This document shows positions 55,888-64,000 of a stretch of 64,000 nt of DNA, piece by piece (the stretch's first letter is position 1; every line of letters begins with the position of its first letter). The notes under the pieces are model-generated. The model did no database searches. It was given only the letters and a program-made list of their open reading frames with translations, and had not been told where the DNA came from. The stretch lies in assembly GCA_045837725.1 (NCBI GenBank), contig JBEWZL010000056.1, positions 372,001 through 436,000 of the forward strand. The letters are read 5' to 3'. The DNA comes from Vermamoeba vermiformis. Taxonomy: Eukaryota. Both the position numbers and the translations under genes were made by a program.

Positions 55888-57692
55888 ATGGATCTGCGTC
55901 GAAACCATTCCGTTTCTATCTTGGCCCCTCTTGAACTTCATGATTTATTAAAAGAAGGTACGATTTGGACCAGTTTTGTTGCGTTCTAACGCCATCTATT
56001 TAGAAATTCGTCAGCTGATCTACCCCAAGCAATTGCAAATACTGGGCGCTGATGATCGTGCCATTAGATTAGCTTTAGATGACGAATCATTATGGCTATT
56101 GGCTTCATATTGCCGTACAGCAGGTAAACTTAATTTCGAATATTCGTAAAAAATATGTAAATATTCTACAGTTAATTTATTATTTTTTCTGGCAACTATA
56201 TGAGTACTTCTATCATTTTATGATTTTTTTATGCTGTAATAAGCTTATGTTTATTTTTATCATTTTTGACAGACGCAATTCGCGTTAATATTGACTCGCC
56301 CTTTGTCGCTATGAATTGGAATCAGCTTAGATCTCACTTGGATACGATTCAATGGGACAGATATATCCCTAGAGCTTGGTCAGACAAGTCACCGATCGAG
56401 ATCCACACAGTCAGTAACGCATCTGTGCTTTATCACACAGGAGCTATTACAGAGCGAGTCAATCAATATTTCAATGACGCCTATCGTACAAAAAAGCTGA
56501 AAAACGAAGTACCAGTTCCGCGCTTATTCACACGCGTGCACAACAACAAAGTAATGTTTAGCGCTGAAGTCATGGACTCGATGCACATGCGATTCTCCAT
56601 GGACCCATTGGCAAGCAAAGACGCAAATATTGACGAGGCAAAGGACCGTCAAAGATTGCTCGCCATCAAAGCTCACCGCTCAGTTGCAGAAGAAGAGCCC
56701 GTGAAACTTGATGCAGTGGACTTGCCTAAGCCTGAAAACACCAAGTACGGCGTGTTCACACGCGATCCTATGCTGCTCACGTCAGACGAAGGATATTTGG
56801 TCAAACCAAAGTGGATGTCGATCGCGCCAATGCGCGAGACTACTGCTGCCGCTCTGTTAATGGAAACGCAATGGTCATTCTTACAGACCAATCTTGACGC
56901 GCAAAGTAACTCGGAAGCGAAGCACAACCGAGAAGAAGAAATCACAGTATGGGATCCGTTCTGCGGAAGTGGCACGTTCCTGCTCGAAGCTGCACAAATG
57001 TTCATTCGGTCACAGACATCTGGGTTGTTCCCACCTATTCACTTTGCAGAGAGGAGGATAGGATTTAAACATTGGCCCAGTTTCGATGAGAAAGCTTACA
57101 ACAGTTTTATTAACAAACGAAAACACGCTCTACAGGATCTGCTACTTAGCCGAAGAAACAATAGCCAAGTAGCGCTCTCAAAGAAGTTCACAGGTCCTAA
57201 ACTACGACTAGTCGGCAGTGACATTAACAAGTACTGCGTGGCCATGTCTCAGATCAACACACAGTCAATGAAAAAGATGGTTTGTTCGCACTTTGAAGGC
57301 GAGATGCGCGATCTAGTTTCCGAGTGGATGGACTCCAAGGTCAGCTTCGAGTACATTGCCTCCGATTTCCAATTCATCGATCGATATACTACATTCAACT
57401 GGCCTAAGACTCACATTATCGCGAATCCACCTTGGGGACACAGGCTTGGCGATTCATCGGTGAGTTTACAACCCTGACAGTCAAATCATCTAACCTATCC
57501 CTTTAGATGTTGCATAAAGTATTCCCTCGATTTATGCGGTTATTGAAGCAAAGAAAGGAGCTAAAAGAAGTGTTCATTGTCAACGGCTCGCAAGAATTGC
57601 ACCGAATGGATCCAGCGCATTTAAAATGGAAATCTGTGTTCAAATTCAGCTCGCGAGGCTTGCCTGTACAGTTATTAAAGTTACTCGTGTGA
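55888..57692 (+). CDS. THUMP-domain SAM-dependent RNA m2G methyltransferase (RlmL/UPF0020-like)
   Basis: APMRETTAAALL, WDPFCGSGTFLLEAA, LVGSDIN, IIANPPWGHRLG. Two upstream exons (MDLRRNHSV..LKEEIRQL..YCRTA) splice in frame. Confidence 0.85.
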
Positions 57693-57874
57693 ACCTGTTC
57701 GCAGGACAATGGACATATCTCGTAATTTTTTGGGACATATCTCCGCTCAACTGCCAACAAAAATAGATTTTCGGCCGAAATTGACCATTCACTCGCTCCA
57801 AGTCCCATTGTGTACATTATTTATTATTATCTATATATTTATCGATAGTTTAGTTGCAAGATCTGGTGTAAATT

Positions 57875-60353
57875 ATGTCGGGCACACTAAGGAACAAGAA
57901 ACCAAAGGAAACGCCAAAGAATCTGCAATGGAATAATTTTCAGAAAAATTTGGCAGTTGCACAGACCAGTTTTTTACAATATTTCGGCAAACGTGAAAGC
58001 AAACAAGTACCAAAAGAATTTTCAGTCGCGAATGCGAAAGTCAAAAAGCTTCAAGAAAATTTCGAAGAGCTTGTTAAGGCTTCAAAGTACTATATTAAGG
58101 CATCCCAAGGTAAAGATCGGGCGTCAAATTTTTAACGCGCCGAAAGATTTTTTTTCAACGATCAAGTGTGATCCGAAACTCAAATTTCTACCCTTTCCTC
58201 CAGGATACTCTGCCAGTAATGCTACCTTCGTGGAATCTCTTCAGACCTTGTCAACGACCATCGGAGAAACGCACAATCTTTGTGAGTATCTTTTTCTATC
58301 AATTCAAAAAATTTCTAATCGTTAAATTTGGCTTTGATTCTTTCAATTAGTTGATAATTTGTAATTTATTTATATTTATCGTTATGATCGATTTTAATCA
58401 ATATTCAATAGCTCCCGTCTTATTGAAAGTTGCGGAATTGGAAACTAAAATTGAGACCTCTTATGCCAAAATGGTAGGTATCGCAGTATTAGCGCTTATA
58501 TAATAATTTTACACGAGTTCGTTGCAATTTTTGGCGGCCTGGGAATATTTATTTATTTATTTCTTTTAGCGCGAGGATCTTGGCAAGTTGGTGTTTTTTG
58601 TAGAAAAATTCAGCGATGAGAAAATAGACCCTGCGAGAGAATCGTACAAATCGTGGAATAGATCACGATTGGAATATGATGCAGCAAAAGACCGTTTAGA
58701 TCCGCTCAAGAACGCCTCACACCTCAGTCCCATCAATTTGCTTGTCGCACAAACTAATTACTACCACGCGCGTGTCAAAGAACTGACGCGTTATTTGAAC
58801 GCCAGCGACAAAATGGGTGCTGTGCTGTGGGAACGTGATTTTGACTTCTTGCAAGAACTAATCAACTGGATGGAGACTATGCACGGCATTCTGTTGACAC
58901 AGTACTCGCTGCTTTACGATCAAGAGCAGCTCACATCTGCGCTGAGCGAGACCTCCAACCAGCGTCGTACTACGTATTACACGGCAAAAGACGAGAAGGC
59001 CCGCGTCAAGCGCGAGAAGGAAATCGAAGCCTATCAGAACAGGTGCGTCGTATGATTGAATTCACTTGTTCGTTTTATTAATTGTTGTGTAGATATCAAC
59101 CATTGATTGCTCTTTTGAGCGCTGAAGATTTGGCACTCGTTAACGCGTTGTGTGTCACCGCTGCTAGTGAGCAAGAACAGACCCTCGAGTCACTCGTGCG
59201 CATTCTTGACGCGATGAAACAGACCTTGCCAATCATCAAGCTCGGTATCACTAAGGAAGTGAGCAAGACTACAACTGAGGCTACTTTATTCCGTGGTAAC
59301 ACCACCGCCACCAAGTTGATGACTGCCTTCACAAAAATGACAGGTAATTCCATTGCGTAATTACTTGACTACGGATTCTAACAGTCATATAAACAGGTCG
59401 TGATTACTTGAACAAATCCTTGAAGGATGTTATGAGCGAAGCTATTGCTGACGTTCAAAAGAATGGCGATAAAATCGAAGTAGATCCGTCAAAGATGACC
59501 AACAAGGACGAAGCAGCGCGTCAACAAAGCATCGATAATTTGAAAAATGTCGTTGCTAAGTTCCTCAACGCCATTCTTGCGTCTATTGACATCTGTCCCG
59601 TGCCCTTCCGTGTCATGGCCAATCATTTGCAAGCAGAAGTTGTCAAGAGATTCCCTGACAGCAAGTACCAAAGTGTAGCAGGCTTCATTTTCTTGCGATT
59701 CTTCTGCCCTGCCATCTTGGCTCCTGAGTCTAACGGCCTGTACGGTGGTTCACTGACCGAGAAAGAACGACGATTGTTGATTTTGGTCAGCAAAGTGCTG
59801 CAGAACATTGCTAACGGCGTGGACTTTGGCAACAAAGAACCTTACATGCAGGACTTGAATTCGTTCATTCACGAGAACGTGCCAAATGTACACAAATTTT
59901 TCGACAAACTCGTGGTAAGTGCACCCTGACGCGACTGCAGATCCGCTTGTAATCAAGTACTAATGGTATTTTTGTCAGACTGTGCCCGTCAATATCGACG
60001 ACTACGAGCCTTTATGTTCATTCCAGAATGCACTCAATGTTGAACTGCCGAGTTTGCATAAGAAGATCACATCCAACCTGGACAAGATCGGCAAATGTTT
60101 GATCCAATACAAACAAGCAGTACGTGCCTTATATATGATGAAAAATAGGATTTAATTAACACGGTTGTAGGAATGCATCTCACCTTTGGCTGTTATTTTA
60201 GCGGAGTTGGATGAGGCGGTTGATCCTTCACTGACACCCTTTATTCCTCCTTCTGCCATGGCAATGCACGCTAACAATAACAACTCGAAGCGAGAAGTGA
60301 AAGAGAAAGAAAAAGAGAAAGAGAAGGACAAGGAGAAGGAGAAAGAGAAATAA
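57875..60353 (+). CDS. BAR-domain RasGAP
   Basis: N-terminal helical BAR-like region (WNRSRLEYDAAKDRL). RasGAP arginine finger TLFRGNT and FIFLRFFCPAI, SKVLQNIAN, KEPYM. Lys/Glu tail. Confidence 0.88.
60298..60350 (+). repeat. Low-complexity (GAGAAA/GAGAAG)n encoding a KE-repeat tail
   Basis: aaagagaaagaaaaagagaaagagaaggacaaggagaaggagaaagagaaa immediately before the TAA. Confidence 0.8.
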
Positions 60354-60630
60354 GTACTATCAAATTGTTTTCCTCGATTTAATTTATTGTAATTTTTAAG
60401 CATTTAGAATGCCTTGTATGTTATAACCTCCATATTAAATTATTAGACTTACTTGCAGGTACGCGATCCTCGAATCTCGCCCCGACCGAAATTCGGCTGA
60501 GTTTTCATCGAAATACTTTTGAAATCTGGCGCAGTTTCGCAAGTCTCAGGAACCGAGAATGGAACTGAGAAATGAATCAGGCCAAGATCTTTGGTGGAAT
60601 TAGGCATAGTATCTTCCTATCCTGGCAACT

Positions 60631-61419
60631 ATGACCACGCTTGCAAGCCTCAAGGAGTTGTACTTGCTCGGTTTTATTCAAGACGTTGAGTACATTGCTA
60701 GGTTAGCTTTACTGGGCATCTGCGATCCCAATATTAATAGCGAGGTGATTGATGATCCTGTGCCCGTGGAGCCAAAGCCTGAAGAGTCTTTAATTGCATC
60801 CGCGCCGGAAGTGATCGAAGAAGAAATTGTTTTCGTGCCCGTTGTGCCTCCAAAGCCGATCATAGTACCAGAAGCTCCTAAGCGCATCTTGCCTCGTATA
60901 GTGCCTAAGAAACCTAGCCGTCCTAAACCAAGTAAGTTCTAATTATGACGTCACTATTTTTGCTAAACACGCACTTTTAAAGGGAAGCTTATTGCCAAAC
61001 CTAAGCGTCCTCTGAATAAGCGGAAGCCTCTGGTAAGACGCTGGAGATCTGCGGGACGCATCATTGCCACACGTGAACAAAACGTGCATTTAGCGGATTC
61101 GATCTCAGAAAAAGATCGACGCCGAGATAGCTACTTAAAATCAGTGCACCACCGCAATAGAAAAAGAAATATGGAGCTCATTCGCAACTTCAGAGCTGCT
61201 AAGAAGTGGTCTGCCACCAAACACGATCGGCCGCGCAAGATTCGCAAGTCTAGGGTGGATGGAACTGAAGAAAAGCTCTTCCAAGCACGCATTTCTAAAA
61301 AGAACGTTATCCTCTATAACGAGAGATGTACATTATTCGACAGAAACGTTTGGGCTATGAAAGAGCTGCGTAAATACCATTTGGAGGTGTCTCAGCTGAG
61401 CGAAACAGAAGAAGCTTAG
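60631..61419 (+). CDS. Hypothetical protein (Pro/Glu-rich segment followed by highly basic region)
   Basis: Two ORFs joined by a GTAAGT..AAG intron (~60932-60982). No recognisable domain. Confidence 0.55.
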
Positions 61420-61678
61420 GAGCGAAACGTTATTAGAGCATTTTTTTCTGCAATTAGCTAGTTGGTTGCCCGATAGATCAAGTCAGTCACTCGCAGTAGG
61501 CCTGACGTAAGTGAATGCACCGTGGAACGCAGCAGTCCGTACCAAGCAAGAGGGAGTTGTTGCTCTTGCTGTAATTTTAAGTAAAAGCTTTTAGTGTCAA
61601 TAGTCGAATGTTGTTCCGAAGGCAGCTCGTAGTCCGCAGGAAAAAAATAGTCTTTATTTTTACTGACAAACCACAAGA

Positions 61679-62478
61679 ATGGGAACAAAAGGTACTGGCG
61701 TGACCGAAGTACTAATATTTCACGCACTATGGGCGTGCAGTGCTATATTGGTTTTGCATCCGCCAGACGCAATCAGAACACTTGCGCCAGAATTGGGGCA
61801 GCGAATCTTTTACTGCTTATTGTTTTATAATTTTGGCCTTGCCATTACGTGCAAAATATTCAAAAGACACATTGAATTCGATATTTGGCTGTTCTGCTTT
61901 TTCACGAGCATAATGCAGGTAATAAATATTCAATTTCGTTTCGAAAAATAGCAATATCAATATTAACGGTTAAAATTATTAAGGTACTACCGGATTGGTT
62001 TTTGGCGGCTCAATTAAAAACATTGGTGTTCCCTGACAAAACTTTTCCGAAGATCGGAGCTGTATCTGCTTACATGGCTTTAGCTTGGTCTCCAGTATTC
62101 TTCATGACTATATTCTTTACTCGTATGCTCAGCACACGCATTCATCAGCTGTCTTATGTGATTGCTGCTTTGATTTCGAGTTTGATTTTATTCGTGGCGG
62201 AAGCAGATCCTGTGCACTTGAACATGTGGAAAGCAACGCACATCGAGCACACAATGTTTCACAAGAACATTGCAGCCTACGTTCTCTTGCCAGAAACCCT
62301 ACTAGGAGTCGTCGCGTTTGCTGTGTACAATTGGACGAGCTTGGCCAAGGCAGGGCTCGACAACATTTTTGCCAAGCTTTTTGGTGGCTTGTTTGTGATG
62401 TTGTCGTACACTGGGGCCTTGGTACTATCTTATTTCTTCATAGAATCGCATGGAAGAGCTTTTCTCCCGCTCAATTGA
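61679..62478 (+). CDS. Uncharacterised polytopic membrane protein
   Basis: Two exons (intron ~61919-61983), about 7 hydrophobic segments, and motif-like VLPDWFL..LVFP, AW and LPETLLG. Confidence 0.7.
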
Positions 62479-62774
62479 ACACGTAATCGGTCACGTGGTG
62501 TCTCGAGTGGATGGGCTTGCCCAACTTTCGTAACGTGAATGGGCGCCATAAACACCACCTTCACAATCAAGTAAGCCATTCGTGTACAGATATATTAAAT
62601 CTTGTCGTTGTTAGCACCATTTACACGTCGGTCTCCGTTTCTCTCCGGCTGACAGTTTGAAATGCGAGATAAAATCAGATTGTGTGAATTACAACGAGTA
62701 AAATCAAAATCGATTAATAACAATAACTTATTTGACAGTCACAACGAAAGCGGAGACGCTTTTGGCAATTAAAA

Positions 62775-64000
62775 ATGCGGATCGCAGCCCTGTGTTGCTT
62801 TATCTTATGGCTAGATCTGTGTTTCTCTGCACCGAGTAAGTACCGTTATTTATTTAATTATACTCTATTTAATTATATACGAAAATTCGCTTCCGTAGTT
62901 GCGAATTAAATTCTTGCTTCCATGTCTAACCGTAAATCCACCACTAAAATTATTATTTTAATTTTAGGTTTCATGTTTGTGACATCTATTCCTAAATCTT
63001 CGACCTACGGAACTCTGCGCGAGATACGAATTGTCGCCCAAAATTACTCTTCGTGGGAATACAAAGCATGCGTGGCAGACGCTTATCATGGGATTGGAAA
63101 GGTGTACAGCCTAAATATAAACTCAAACTATAGCTATGAATTGCTCCCCGAAACGGCCCCGAACAATGGGACTATGAACTACGCTTTGACCTCGATCCAA
63201 GGTTTGACAGAATGCGGTTACGCTGCATTAGTGGTATGTGTATATATTAATACTAGTGCTCCATTTAATTTATTTGACGTAGAATACATCGCTATACAAT
63301 GTGATCGACGGAGACACAAGTGTTGCAGATCTCGCCGCAAGTACCAATTGGCAGCCACCGTTTTACGCAGTATGGATAAACAATCAAGTGGAAACTTTTC
63401 TGTTTACAGGGGTACGTGGCGCCGATAAAATGACGCAACTCAGCTAACACTATTCTAATTAGCAAGGTGTTGTCAGCCGTTTGAACACGACTACTCTCGG
63501 CGCATACAATTACTCTGTATTTTCTGACGGAATGGAGTTGATCAAGAGCTGGGAGCTCTATCAGGAGCCTATTAGTAAGTACTGGTTGTTGAAGCGGGAT
63601 TATAGTCGTTAACATCGTCTGTTTAGCCAAGACATCGTACATCGCCTACTCAATGAGCCTCATCGATAACAGTGCTTGGAAGGCAGTTGTGGACAAGTGT
63701 AATCCCGATTGCACGAGAGATACGACGTTAGGAGACTCATTAGGGTTTCCTACCATCACGGCTAACAGCACGCATTGGTTCTCATGCTACAAAAGTTTGT
63801 TCATTTACCAAAATGTCCTTACATCTGGCACGCATCATTGCACTGTCGCTGGACTTACGGATTCCAGAATGTTGCAGATTGACGCGGACTACCCAATTGA
63901 ATCGAGCAATGCCGAGGACCCGATGTACAGTTGCGTGATGGACGACACAACGATGATGCTCTTAGTGTTTGATTCCAACAGTTTCAAATACACTGTGTAC
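62775..64000 (+). CDS. Secreted/surface protein, 5' part (runs off the window)
   Basis: Signal-like MRIAALCCFILWLDLCFSA followed by GTAAGT intron. Later exons have several N-glycosylation sequons and Cys residues. Confidence 0.6.

Overview
Gene-dense eukaryotic (protist) nuclear DNA with about 23 protein-coding genes. Introns are mostly 45-70 nt, with GTAAGT/GTACGT donors and CTAAC/CTGAC branch points. The gene content (Roco kinase, RasGEF, BAR-RasGAP, RapGAP, tryptophan pathway) fits a free-living amoeboid protist; this is an inference, not a species call. In order: Pif1-helicase 3' end; RA-RA-LRR-RapGAP; mitochondrial PPR protein; TrpCF fusion; TMEM185-like/BTB protein; secreted FN3/beta-helix protein; Roco kinase; a winged-helix(LOTUS-like)x2-MIF4G-dead DEDDy exonuclease; an accessory-looking block (ubiquitin-fold microprotein, GNAT, and two GFA/CENP-V paralogues flanking two intronless divergent F-box genes); an amino-acid transporter; an SDR; a giant Cys-rich TOM1-type 7TM receptor; an aldonolactone-oxidase-like flavoprotein; two tandem MARK/KA1 kinases; RasGEF; an RlmL-like methyltransferase; BAR-RasGAP; and three unknowns. 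I could not support any tRNA, rRNA, CRISPR array or transposon. The most unusual items are the LOTUS-MIF4G-pseudonuclease, the F-box pair between GFA duplicates, the bacterial-looking beta-helix surface protein and recurrent GC-AG introns. Gene models were spliced by eye, and domain calls rest on motif recognition without database searches.
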